A stretch of 63,960 nt of DNA, the filler included, from Octopus bimaculoides (lineage: Eukaryota), in NCBI RefSeq assembly GCF_001194135.2. It is 4 parts of 3 records of this genome, joined end to end, with 100 filler letters (N's around TTAATTAATTAA, not from the genome) between each part and the next. Parts side by side here need not be neighbours in the genome. Positions count along the whole stretch, not along the records: positions 32,328 to 63,960 come from NC_069000.1; 3 more parts are not named here. One strand, 5' to 3'. The notes beneath the pieces are model-generated. The model ran no database searches, was not told where the DNA came from, and saw only the letters and a list, made by a program, of their open reading frames with translations. Shown here piece after piece: positions 42,673 to 54,359 of this stretch (its first letter is position 1; every line of letters starts with the position of its first letter). A program made the translations under genes and the position numbers.

Positions 42673-42959
42673 GGCTGAGCACCCCACAGACACGTGTGCC
42701 CTTAACGTAGTTCTCAGGGAGATTCAGCATGACACAGTGTGACAAGGCTGACCCCTTTGAAATACAGGTACAACAGAAAGAGTGAGAGAAAGTTGTGGTG
42801 GAAGAGTACAGCAGGGTTCGCCACCATCCCCTGCCGGAGCCTCATGGAGCTTTAGGTGTTTTCGCTCAGTAAACACTCACAACGCCCGGTCTGGGTATCG
42901 AAACCGCGATTCTATGACCGCGAGTCCGCTGCTCTAACCACTGGGCCATTGCACCTCCA
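42673..42959 (-). mobile_element. tRNA-derived SINE of a second family; relatives near 26600, 46085, 54685 and 59480
   Basis: Minus-strand head GGAGGTGCAATGGCCCAGTGGTTAGAGCAGCGG...GGTTTCGATACCCAG with A and B boxes. Confidence 0.75.
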
Positions 42960-43009
42960 CGATTCAAACCTACATAGCAAATAATAATGATGCATTTGTT
43001 GTTGGTTGA

Positions 43010-43015
43010 TTTATT
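43010..43015 (-). promoter_or_regulatory. Candidate Chk1 polyadenylation signal
   Basis: AATAAA on the minus strand about 360 nt past the stop, just before a SINE. The hexamer is common in AT-rich DNA. Confidence 0.35.
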
Positions 43016-43371
43016 TATAATACTGATTGTTGTTGCATGATAAACCTTAAAACCTTCTGACTATCTTCCAAACAAAATAAGCCATAAAAGTGTCAGATAA
43101 GGGAGGTAAACACAGACAAGATTTTGAAACAAGCAGTAGTAATTAATTACCATGATTACAACAGGATAGCTAACAATTACACAAAGGCAGGCAGGCAACC
43201 ACTCCAAAGTCTGGTAACTAGCAAAACAATAACAAACACACTATCAGAACATTTAAACTAGTTGCAAATACATAGAATTACAAAAAAACTTCAGTACACT
43301 CTCTCACATTCACTTATAGTTTTACATTTACACATTTTTCATTTTTGGTCTACTTTTTCTCTCCATTCTTT

Positions 43372-43497
43372 TCAGTTTTCCTCGTTGCGTAACTCTTTTA
43401 CAGAAGACACTTTCAGCCAAGCAGACTGAGAGGAGATGATTGGTCGTAAAAGATCACGGATTTTGGTGAAGTTCCTTTTGAATTGAATTCCATCGCC
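43372..43497 (-). CDS. CHEK1: Chk1 last coding exon with TGA stop
   Basis: GDGIQFKRNFTKIRDLLRPIISSQSAWLKVSSVKELRNEEN*. CAG acceptor at 43498-43500. Confidence 0.94.
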   Translation of the reverse strand, partial: GDGIQFKRNFTKIRDLLRPIISSQSAWLKVSSVKELRNEEN

Positions 43498-43957
43498 CTG
43501 AAAATAAAATACATTAAATGAATTCATAAATAGAGTGTATATGTCAATTATATTGAGGGAGAGAGTGCGATTAGTCAAAATTTCCAGCTTCCTCTACCCA
43601 CAAGGTTACTTGCAGCACAGAAAGGAGGAGAGGTGGTCAAAGACAATGCTCTGTTACTAAGAAATTGGCAAATTTTTTATTACATTTAGTAAAGAAAAAA
43701 ATACAAGTTCTTAATTTAAATCTAGTCCAGTATCTTGCTTACATCTGCCACGTATTTAACCAACACTTTCCAGTCAGTCAGAAGTATTATTGGATAGCAA
43801 ACAAAATATCATCATTTTAAAAGTTAAGGCGTGATTTAACTGCCATTTTTAGCAGGTTGACCAACCATGTAGATACTATAGGATGAAAAGGACAGCTATT
43901 AATAGTAAACACTAAAAAGAAATCCTATATTAAAGAATACAATAAAGGTGTACTTAC

Positions 43958-44059
43958 CTTTGATAACCGGAAATCTACCAAAAGATTCTCTCCCATCTTA
44001 ACAAGAGCAGCCTTGAACGACAATGGACACTTCCTTCTGTCAAAGGTTTGTATTGTAAA
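43958..44059 (-). CDS. CHEK1: Chk1 coding exon (KA1/CM2)
   Basis: FTIQTFDRRKCPLSFKAALVKMGENLLVDFRLSK. CAG acceptor, GTAAGT donor, 102 nt. Confidence 0.95.
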
Positions 44060-44518
44060 CTGCAAAGAAGAAAAAATACATAGCATTAACAAAATGAAAT
44101 AAACCTCCTCTTCTTTATTTACAGCCTAAATAAACAATACCAAAAGTGAGAAACCTGCAACTTTTGCTGCTCTTAACTCTTCAGCATTATTCAGATTGTT
44201 CTGTCAAATGTAATGCTTATTTATTAACATTATTTTGAATCAATCATGCATTATTTTGTAGCTTTGAGATTTCATCATCAATCATCATCAACATTTAATG
44301 TCCATTTCCCATGCTGGCAAGGGTTGGACGGTTTGACAGGAACTGGCAAAACCAGGCGACGCACCAGGTTCCACAGTCTGTTTTGGCTTTGTTTCTATCG
44401 CTCGATACCCTTCCTGACTGCAACCATTTTACAGAATGTATTGGGTACTTTTTACAGGTGCAACTCATTTTTGCCAGCTGAGTGGCACCAATTTCAAGTG
44501 TGATTAAATATCAACCCA

Positions 44519-44791
44519 TCTATACTATATATAAAACAGAGATGTGTGTGTAATCGCTTTTCACGTGAAATCGACTTCACTAAATGCTTCCATACTTGTG
44601 ATGCGTGAATAATTTGACCTCGGATAAATCTTAGGCTCTTCATTTGATTTTTTTAATTAAAAATAAATAATATTGCTTTATATTTAAGATTCACTTCTTT
44701 AAAAAGGTTCCTCAATGTCAACTTCCGGTATTGACGTAACAACAGCAAAAAGCTTAACTCTCTATTTTGTGTGTGTGTGTGTGTTCGTGTG

Positions 44792-44825
<34 letters not shown>

Positions 44826-45459
44826 AATACTACATACACACCGCTCTCTCACTCTGTCTCACACACATACACACGCACACACACACCCCTTGACTCACTC
44901 ACACTCTGTCTCTTACAAACATATTTACAAAGACACACGTGTGTATGCATGCGCGTGCATGTTTGTAAGAGACAGAGTGTGAGTGAGTCAAGGGCTGTGT
45001 TGTCATATAGATACATCCAAAGATGTATGTATATTTATGCATGTATGTATACATGACAACAAACCTCTCTCTCTCACTCACACTCTGTCTCTTACAAACA
45101 CACACATACATAAATGTATACAAACATATTTACAAAGACACACGTGTGTATGCGCGCGTGCGTGTGTGGGGGGTTCCACAATCGCCATTTATTTCAATTA
45201 CTTTTGTGAGGATATTCACGTAAATCATTATTTTCATTTAATCCCCATTTTAATTTTCGTAAAAGTTTCCAAGTACCAATGAGGCTTTTTGGCACATCTT
45301 CAATTTTCCCCATTCATGAGAGGCGCCCAGCCATCATTCATCTGAGAGTCCATCTACAGAATGTCCTCTCAAATTTCTATGCAGCATATTTTGCCTTTTT
45401 TTTCTTCAAGTATATAAGCAACAATTTCATTCCCGAGCAACGCCGGGTGCCTCTGCTAG
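44519..45459 (+). mobile_element. Non-autonomous Helitron in a Chk1 intron
   Basis: Inserted between A and T. The 5' end is TCTATACTATATAAAA. The 3' end has hairpin CCCGAGCAACGCCGGG then CTAG. It contains internal ~140-bp duplicated microsatellite-rich units. Confidence 0.8.
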
Positions 45460-45783
45460 TATTTTATAAAATTTAGAAGAGCAAAATAAAACATGATTCT
45501 AAGCAACATTTAGAACATAAAGGAACATAACCAAATACACCACAAGGTATTATGACAAACTCAACTAATTTTACCTTTTTACCCACTAATGATGGTTTTA
45601 AGAAAGGCACAAAACTTGAAATTTGGAAGAACTTATTTGATTAAAGCTACCCCCAGTACTTGACTGGTATTTTATTTTATACTACCTATTTATAATGGAA
45701 GTAGATAAGAAATGATCTGAAAAAGAAGACAAATACTTTTATTGCCAAGTGTAATAAAAATGATATACAAACTAAAAACTTAC

Positions 45784-45915
45784 CAATCCTAGAGAATTCT
45801 TTTTCCAAGTGTAACTGAGAGTTTCAAAGGCTCTCGTTAATTCTTTAACTGTTGCTTCTTGGTTACATTTTACGAAAAAGCGAGTTAACCTTCGAACAAG
45901 GTGTGGACCAGATGA
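45784..45915 (-). CDS. CHEK1: Chk1 coding exon (CM1/KA1 domain)
   Basis: SSGPHLVRRLTRFFVKCNQEATVKELTRAFETLSYTWKKNSLGL. CAG acceptor, GTAAGT donor, 132 nt. Confidence 0.95.
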
Positions 45916-46530
45916 CTGTAAAAGATAAAAATTAAACCGATTAAGAATAAGGAAGCAACTTGGCAAATAATCTCATAAGAAAATAAATACACGTAAGAGT
46001 TATAGAACAAAAATAAATAACAATCCTATCATTTCTACTTACAGCCTGAAACCATGTGACTGGGAAGCAAACTTCTTACCACATGAAGGCACATGGTGTA
46101 GTGGTTAGGATATTCAACTCATGATCATAAAGTCATGAGTTTGAAAACTGGCTGCACATTGCGTTCTTGAGCAAGACACTTTATTTCACGTTGCTTCAGT
46201 CCATTCAACGGGCAAAAATGAGTAGTGTCTGCAACTCAAAGGGCCAGTCTTTTCACATTCTGTGTCATGTTAAATCTCCCTGAGAACTATGTTGAGGGTA
46301 CACGTTTCTATGGAGTGCTCAACCACTTGCATATTAATGTCACAACCAGGCCATTCCACTGACCGGATCAACTGGGACCCTCCACATTGTAACCATGGAG
46401 TGCCAGCCTTACCACACAGTCATGCCTGCACCTAAGAGTTATTAAACAATGGAGCAGGTGGCAAGGTGGGTAGGATATTTAGAAAGTCTACAGAGAAGGT
46501 CACCCAAATGTTGTTCATAAGTAAGATTAC

Positions 46531-46690
46531 CTGAGATTCTTGTGTTTGGTGTTGACTTGATAACATCATGTGATCTGGACGAACTGGCTGAGAGTATGTA
46601 AGTGCTTTGAGGGAATCAGCAGCAGATGAAGGGCTCTCTGTGGCACGGGAAATAACATCGGGCTGGGACAAGGAGAACTGATGATCAAAT
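46531..46690 (-). CDS. CHEK1: Chk1 coding exon (SQ/TQ cluster)
   Basis: (K)FDHQFSLSQPDVISRATESPSSAADSLKALTYSQPVRPDHMMLSSQHQTQESQ. FSLSQP and TYSQP..PDHM correspond to the ATR sites S317 and S345. TAG acceptor, GTAATC donor, 160 nt. Confidence 0.93.
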
Positions 46691-48125
46691 CTAGGACAAA
46701 TAAAGAAATGAAGGAATATATATTAGGACATTTATTTCTAAAAAATATTTAGAAGAGAAATTTTTTTTAATAATTATACTTTTTTTAATAAACACACACA
46801 CACACACACACACATTAAGTACATTCCATTTGTGACCATCTTGTTTTTTTTTCTCAGACATAGTAACATAGGGGGCGAGTGCTGAAAAGTTCTTGATTTT
46901 GGGTAAAAGAAAATACAGGAGGATCAGTTAATTATGATTTTATTCAAGCCGCATTCTGTGCAGACTTTTAGGCTAGCTCCTGTGGAGGGCTAACTGGGCC
47001 TGTGGTCTAAAACTAAAGAGAGCTAAATAGCATGACTATAATACGTCTATAATGATTATATGCCCCAGTAGTGTTTGATCAGGGGTTAAGGATGGATGAT
47101 AATTAATTCTGTAATGCAATCATTCTATTGCTTCAGTTTCAAATTGAATTCCAACTGTTGGCCAATTTGTCCCAAAGTTCTTATCTCGACAAAAAATTAA
47201 AGCAGCGAATGTCGTTTACCTATCCCTTGATTTATGACGTCATCTGACAAATGTCACCAAGGTGACATGAATCAGTTAAGCTTTACCTGCAAGAAATAGC
47301 AACCCAAATGCTTTTAAATTAGATCCCAATGCTGGATGTTCGAGAACCAAATGAAGTGCAGATTTTCAATCTCAGGATCATCCTGATTCCAAAAAAGTAT
47401 AATATATCTATGTAGAGCAAATGTAGGCTGAGATACAGGAGTCCCAGACGGGCAGACAGAATTTTAGTTTTGTTATTACAGATATTCCCCTCTCAGATTC
47501 ATACATTCATTGCAGCAGTCCTTCAGTTTTTCTAAGCCCATTATCTAATGAGATTTACAACATTAGAACAGTAGGGTGTAATTTGAAAGAGATATAACTG
47601 CTATTTTTAGCTGGTTGAGTGATTATGGCAGTTTGGTTCTTCAGAGTGATGATGGTTAAACGTTAAAAGTTCAGAGCCAGCGGTCTAAAGGTGAAACATT
47701 TAGATCACTAGTACTGTGCTAAAACATATACACACGCTAATGTATTGGTTTCAAATTTTGGCACAAGGCCAACAGATTTGGGGGAGGGGCTGAATTGATC
47801 AAATCAACCTGTGTTCAACTGGTACTTATTTTATCAATTCCAAAAGGATGAAAGGCAAAGTCAACCCCAGCAGAATTTGAACTCAGAATGTAAAGACAGA
47901 TGAAATGCTGCTAAGCATTTTGCCTGGCATACTAACAATTCTGTTAGCTTGCTGACTTAGATAAATGCTAATGTATGAAAGGCCATACATGCATATAATC
48001 AAATACTCAAGGACAATTCGTACACAAAATTCAAGTATTGAAGGACAAAGAGAAAGAGGGAGGAAAAACAAGATGACCATTTTATAAAATGTTCTACAGA
48101 CTTTTGGAATTGAAATGAAACTTAC

Positions 48126-48222
48126 TTTCCAATAGCGGAAGGAGAAGATTGGTCTAAGCCAGAACATCTACGTTTAAATGTTCCAGAATCACCAGAAAGG
48201 GTCTCTAACCGTATTGGCATAG
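48126..48222 (-). CDS. CHEK1: Chk1 coding exon (linker)
   Basis: (S)MPIRLETLSGDSGTFKRRCSGLDQSSPSAIG(K). CAG acceptor, GTAAGT donor, 97 nt. Phase 1 in and phase 2 out exactly bridges the flanking exons. Sequence similarity itself is weak (KRRCS resembles the KRPRVTS motif). Confidence 0.82.
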
Positions 48223-49359
48223 CTGCAAATATAAACAGAATCACATTTAGACACATAGTAATATAAAGCCTACGTGTATATATCTACATATGTATAAAAA
48301 GGAGAAAAAAAAAGAAGTCACTGCATGTAGGAGAGTTTATTTGTCAGATGATAAAGATTCATATTGTTGCTATCTTTAATCTTTCATTTGTTTCAGTCAC
48401 TGGACTGTGGCAATGCTGGGGCACCACCTTGAAGGATTTAATCAAACAAATCAACTGCAGTACTTATTATTGTTTTTTAAAGCCTAGTACTTATTCTATC
48501 AGTCTCTTATTACCAAACTGCTAGGTTACAGATATGTAAACAAACAACAATAGTTGCTCTGAGGTGGTGGGAGAAAAACTCAAAGACACCTATATAACAT
48601 ATGCAATGGGTTTCTTTCAGTTTCTGTCTGCTAGATCCATTCACAAGTCTTTGGTCAGCTGACACTTGACTAAGTTCCATGCAATGGGACTGAACTCAGA
48701 AACATGTGGTTGAGAAGCAAATTTTTACCACACAGCTACATCTGTACCTCTTTTACTCTTTTACTTGTTTCAGTCATTTGACTGCGGCCATGCTGGAGCA
48801 CCGCCTTTAGTTGAGCAAATCGACCCCGGGACTTATTCTTTGTAAGCCTGGTACTTATTCTATCAATCTCTTTTGCCAAACCGCTAAGTGACGGGGACAT
48901 AAACACACCAGCATTGGTTGTCAAGCAATGCTAGGGGGACAAACACAGACACACACACACATATATGACGGGCTTCTTTCAGTTTCTGTTTATCAAATCC
49001 ACTCACAAGGCTTTGGTCGGCCCGAGGCTATAGTAGAAGACACTTGCCCAAGATGNNNNNNNNNNNNNNNNNNNNNNNNNNNNNNNNNNNNNNNNNNNNA
49101 TATATGTAGTCAATTCGATGATGTCAGATCCTTTTTAAATAAAATATTGCTTTTCATTTTAATTTGCAATGGAAACATTCTGAAAATTACCATCTTGCAG
49201 GAATTATGCAAAAGTATATTCTTTTTCACAATTTGTAATACTTGCTAATACCTACTAAACTACAAGACTTTCTGTTTGTTTTTGTTTTCAAAATTCTTTC
49301 TCTTAAAGCAAACTGAGCAAGCCCAAGCAAAACATCAATAAACAAATAAAAATCCTTAC

Positions 49360-49455
49360 ATTTTCTCAAGTTCTTTGAAAACCATTGGTTCTTCTTTATC
49401 TGTGGAATTGTATAACGTTTTTTGCTGTTTTCTATTAAGATTTTTCTTAAAAGAG
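49360..49455 (-). CDS. CHEK1: Chk1 coding exon (end of kinase domain)
   Basis: (S)LLRKILIENSKKRYTIPQIKKNQWFSKNLRK(S). CAG acceptor, GTAAGG donor, 96 nt. Confidence 0.94.
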
Positions 49456-51454
49456 CTGGAAAAAAATGCAATATATATGTTATACTACAGAAATAAGTAA
49501 AATTATTAATACTGTTATTCTGAGCAGGATTGTTAGATCAATTTTTCGATAAGTAGCACATTGTATTAAAAAGTAACTTGAAATGAAAATTTTACTAATC
49601 ACCATTTAGCATCCACTTTTCCATGCTTGCATGGGTCAGATGGAGTTTATTTGAGGCAGATTTTCTACAGCTGGATGCCCTTTCTGTTGCCAACACTCAC
49701 CTGTTTCCAAGAGAGGTAATATTTTTCCATGGCCAGACATATTTTCATAAAATACTGGAAATGAATGATACTGTTCTGGCATGGTTTCTATGGCTGGATG
49801 TCTTTCCTAATGCCAAGCACCCCATAGAGCATACTTGATGTGTTTTATGTAGCACATGCACCAGTGTTTTTAACATGACACCAGCACAAGTGCATTGTAT
49901 GTGGCACCAGCATAAGTGCTTTTTTTATGTGGCACCAGCAGCGGTATCGATTCTGCTGTGGCGGACAGGAAAAGATGTTGAATGATAATTTATCATTTAA
50001 CATCTTTTGAATAAATAAATGGAAAGTCTCAAAGCAGTTGCATCCATGTTATATGATAATGTTGTTACATGTCACTATCATAGCTTCATGTTAGAGCAAA
50101 CATTTTTGAATAAAATAGAGTAGAAAAAAACAGTATGGAAGGCTATAAACCAGGCCTTACCTGTAATTCAACAAACCAACTTTGACCCTGTATCAAAATG
50201 ATTCTGTCTGAGAATCATGTAAAGAGTCTTCAGCTATAGCACCATGCCAACCAAAGCCTTGTGAGTAGACTTGGTAGATGGAAACTGAAAGAAGCCTGTT
50301 ATACATATATATATATGTGTGTGTGTATATCTTTGTGTTTGTTCTCCACCACTGCTTGACAAGCGGTGTTGGTTTGTTTACAGCCTTGTTCGTGTGTGCG
50401 TGTGTGTATGTGTGCATGCAATTGTGTTATTACGCATGTGTGCATGTATCAAGTAACCATTCTAAATAAGCAGCCAGTATTGCCCCAGTTATTGTTGTTT
50501 CAAAGAACAGTAAACAATAATTTAGGTCAGAGATAATTATCTAACTAGCCACAGTAATAACCTGTTAGTGTGTCGGGGCTTGTGCAAACAATTACATGCA
50601 AGAGTTCTAAAACACTGTTGCTGCTGATGGGCAGGGGTTGGGTGTGGTGAAAGTAAAGCGGGAAGGGTTTCTTAGTCAGCCATATGTTCACATGCTGCTT
50701 TCTAAAAGGTCGCTTCATATGCTAGAAACAGTAGTAAAATATCCTTCAAAATCACACCAAACTCTTGGGAAAATGCAGGAGTGCATTAGATATTGTAGTC
50801 CTAGATTAGATACAAAATGGTCAACTGAAGGACAGGAAGCTGATCAGGGGCTGTGCAAGAACAACAATGACAAAAAAGTAGGATAGTCTAAGCTGGTGAA
50901 TTGACAAAGTTGTCAGTGTTGGATAGAATATTTTGTGGTATTTATTCCAAATCTCTGTGTTCTGGGTTCAAATTTTATGAGGATCAACTTTACCTTTCAT
51001 CCTTCAAGGATTGGTACAAGCAAATTGCCAGTCCACGACAATGGATTGGTAGAATTCTTAGACTGTCAGATGGGATGTCTTGTATTATCTTATCTAGCTC
51101 AGTGCATTCAGAGTTCAAATTGCACTGTCACTGATAAATGGTGACACTTTTAACAGGAATTGCAACCAACAAATAGTATCAGCAATTTGAAAAGTCGATG
51201 GAAGTAGTTTCCTTGGTTCAATCAGAAGCCCAACTGTTACCACCAACATAATATAGCTCAGTACATTATTTTTCATTTCTTTTAGTCACTGGAATAAGGC
51301 CATACAGGGACACTGCCCTCAAAGGTTTTGGTTGAATTCACCCCTGCCAGTATTTTTTTTTAAAGTCTGTTACTTATACTGTTAGACACCGATATGCTCA
51401 GTTACAGTGATGTAACCAAACCAATACTGGTTGTCAAGTGGCAGCAGGGGACAC

Positions 51455-51499
<45 letters not shown>

Positions 51500-51706
51500 T
51501 CCGTCCCTGTGTCCAGGATTCTTGCTGTTGAATAGATTAGGAGTTTATTAAGTTCATTTGAAAACAGGTGGGGGTTAGCAAAAAGAATAGCATCCAACAA
51601 TAGAAAAGTGCAAGCACNNNNNNNNNNAGCAAAAAGAATAGCATCCAACAATAGAAAAGTGCAAGCACAGAAAAGTAAATTTTAAAACGATGATGATGTA
51701 CGTATG

Positions 51707-51767
<61 letters not shown>

Positions 51768-52426
51768 ATGAGTGCATGTGTTTGTGTCTTGATATCATCC
51801 AAGGTGTCCCTTGTTTCAAATCTTCCACGAAAACATGTCCAGCCATGGGGAAATATCTTGCTAGGAAATAAATTAGGGTTGGTGGCAGAAAGACATTTAG
51901 TCACAGAATGTCTACCATAACAAATTCTATCAGACCTATGCAAGCACAGAAAAGTGGACATGAAAATGACAATGATGTTGATGGTGCATAAAAAACAGAA
52001 GCTACAACAGCATTCACTCACAAGTGAATATGATTTGCTATTATGGACTATACTTTCATTGTTTTAGATGCCTATGTAATCACAATGAGACATAGACACT
52101 TTCTTAGCCTTTCCAGTCTTGACCTCCCACAGAAGATTGAGGATGTGACAGTCAGAAGTAGAAAGGGCTGCACCAACATAACTCTAGTTTACTCATTTCA
52201 GTTGAGTAAATTAGAATATAAAATAAAGCGGTTTACTTAAGGACACAACACACCTCCCAATCCAGAAGTTTGAACCTGTGACTTAATGATTGCGAATTTA
52301 ACAGTGTAACCACTGAGACATATATCTATACACACACACACACTGCTATAGTAATAATGCACATTCCTCTGTGAGAAATTCAAACAAGGTTTGACCAACA
52401 AAAAGAGAGTAAATTAGATATATAAA

Positions 52427-53103
52427 ACCGAGACCTTTGGAAATGGGCTGTGCGTGAGAAGACCCGGCAAGCCAAGTAAGATCGTTGCCAGTGCCCCTGG
52501 ACTGGTTCTTGTGCGGGTGGCACATGAGATGCACCATTTTGAGCGTGGCCGTTGCCAGTACCGCCTGACTGGCTCCTGTAGGATTTTCGAGCGAGATCGT
52601 TGCCAGTGCCCCTGGACTGGCTTGTGCGGGTGGCACATAAAAGACACCATTTCGAGCGTGGCCGTTTTCGTGCGGGTGACACGTAAAAGCACCCACTACA
52701 CTCTCTGAGTGGTTGGCGTTAGGAAGGGCATCCAGCTGTAGAAACTCTGCCAAATCAGACNNNNNNNNNNTGCACCATTTTGAGCGTGGCCGTTGCCAGT
52801 ACCGCCTGACTGGCTCCTGTAGGATTTTCGAGCGAGATCGTTGCCAGTGCCCCTGGACTGGCTTGTGCGGGTGGCACATAAAAGACACCATTTCGAGCGT
52901 GGCCGTTTTCGTGCGGGTGACACGTAAAAGCACCCACTACACTCTCTGAGTGGTTGGCGTTAGGAAGGGCATCCAGCTGTAGAAACTCTGCCAAATCAGA
53001 CTGGAGCCTGGTGTTGCCATCCGGTTTCACCAGTCCTCAGTCAAATCGTCCAACCCATGCTAGCATGGAGAGCGGACGTTAAACGATGATGATGATGATG
53101 ATG
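52427..53103 (+). mobile_element. 5'-truncated young RTE LINE (last codons plus modular 3'UTR plus (GAT)n tail)
   Basis: Starts NRDLWKWAVREKTRQAK* and ends TTAAAC(GAT)n. CpGs are intact. An internal 231-bp duplication spans a 10-N gap. Confidence 0.8.
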
Positions 53104-53526
53104 AAAACCCAGACTTCTAAAAGATTATGTTTGCAGTCGTCAATAGAAAGAGTGTGATATGTGACTACAGCAACATGTAAACACTGTGCTGTGCTATGTG
53201 AAGGTTTATGATAATGCTTAGTGTCCTTCTTATCACATGTGGCTCTGTGAATGTGGCAGGCACTGTGAATATGATACTCTGGCACTCTGAAAGCTTTATG
53301 AAAATGCAATATTTACATGAATAGTATGCTCTGTAAATACATATGTCAACACTTTGTCTATGTGAATGATGTGCTGCGCTTGTGAATGTTGTATCACTGA
53401 AAGCTGAGTCATGTGTATACAATGCCTGAAGAAGACAAGACCAAGCCAACATTGAGCCACCCAGTTACTCTGCCTTTGGCATTCAAATTATTCCGTCAAA
53501 TGTAATGAAACTGTTTTGAATTAATC

Positions 53527-54072
53527 GTGCGTGAGAAGACCCGGCAAGCCAAGTGAGACCTCCAAGGCCTCTGCCAGGATGCGTACCTTCCTACGTTGGA
53601 CACTAGACTCCGCTTGCGAAGACCTGTTGAGGCAAGTGAAATCGAACTAATTTCGACGGATGGCACCCATGCCAACGTCGTCTCCTTCATTGGACACAGA
53701 AACTCGGCTTGTGAAGACCTTTTGAAGCAAGCGAAATCGTGATGGCACTTGTGCCGGTGGCACGTGTAAGGACATTCGAGCGAGATCGTTGCCAGTGCCG
53801 CTGGACTGGCTCCCGTGCAGGTGGCACGTAAAAGACACCATTTTGAGCGTGGCCGTTGCCAGTACCGCCTGACTGGCCTTCGTACCGGTGGCACGTAAAA
53901 GCACCCACTACACTCTCGGAGTGGTTGGCGTTAGGAAGGGCATCCAGCTGTAGAAACTCTGCCAACTCAGATTGGAGCCTGGTGTAACCACCTGGTTCTC
54001 CAGTCCTCAGTCAAATCGTCCAACCCATGCTAGCATGGAAAGCAGACGTTAAACGATGATGATGATGATGAT
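53527..54072 (+). mobile_element. Second 5'-truncated RTE LINE 3' end
   Basis: Starts VREKTRQAK*, has the same 3'UTR motifs (GTTGGCGTTAGGAAGGGCATCCAGC) and a (GAT)n tail. Confidence 0.8.
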
Positions 54073-54254
54073 GCATTACATTGTGGCTTTTAAATTTCAA
54101 TGATGTAATTAATTTTAGAATGACATTGTAGAGTAAGCGTGCGAAGCCAGATCTGGCAAGTTGAACATAAAAACAGATACAATATTTAGGCTCCATATGG
54201 CCAGTTTAAATGCTATCATTTAAGAAATACAACACAAGAAGAATGAAAACTTAC

Positions 54255-54359
54255 ACAAAGCCATGTTTTCAATTTTGTTCCACGGGGAAGATAAACTACA
54301 GCACTTGACCCAGTCCGAGTATTCACAGCATTCATTTGATGGTTCATCCCATGGCAATT
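54255..54359 (-). CDS. CHEK1: Chk1 coding exon
   Basis: (E)LPWDEPSNECCEYSDWVKCCSLSSPWNKIENMAL(S). TAG acceptor, GTAAGT donor, 105 nt. Not in the ORF track. Confidence 0.94.

Noticed and set aside
52530-53001. Exact 231-bp tandem duplication
   Set aside because: The two copies sit on either side of a 10-N gap, typical of an unmerged contig overlap.
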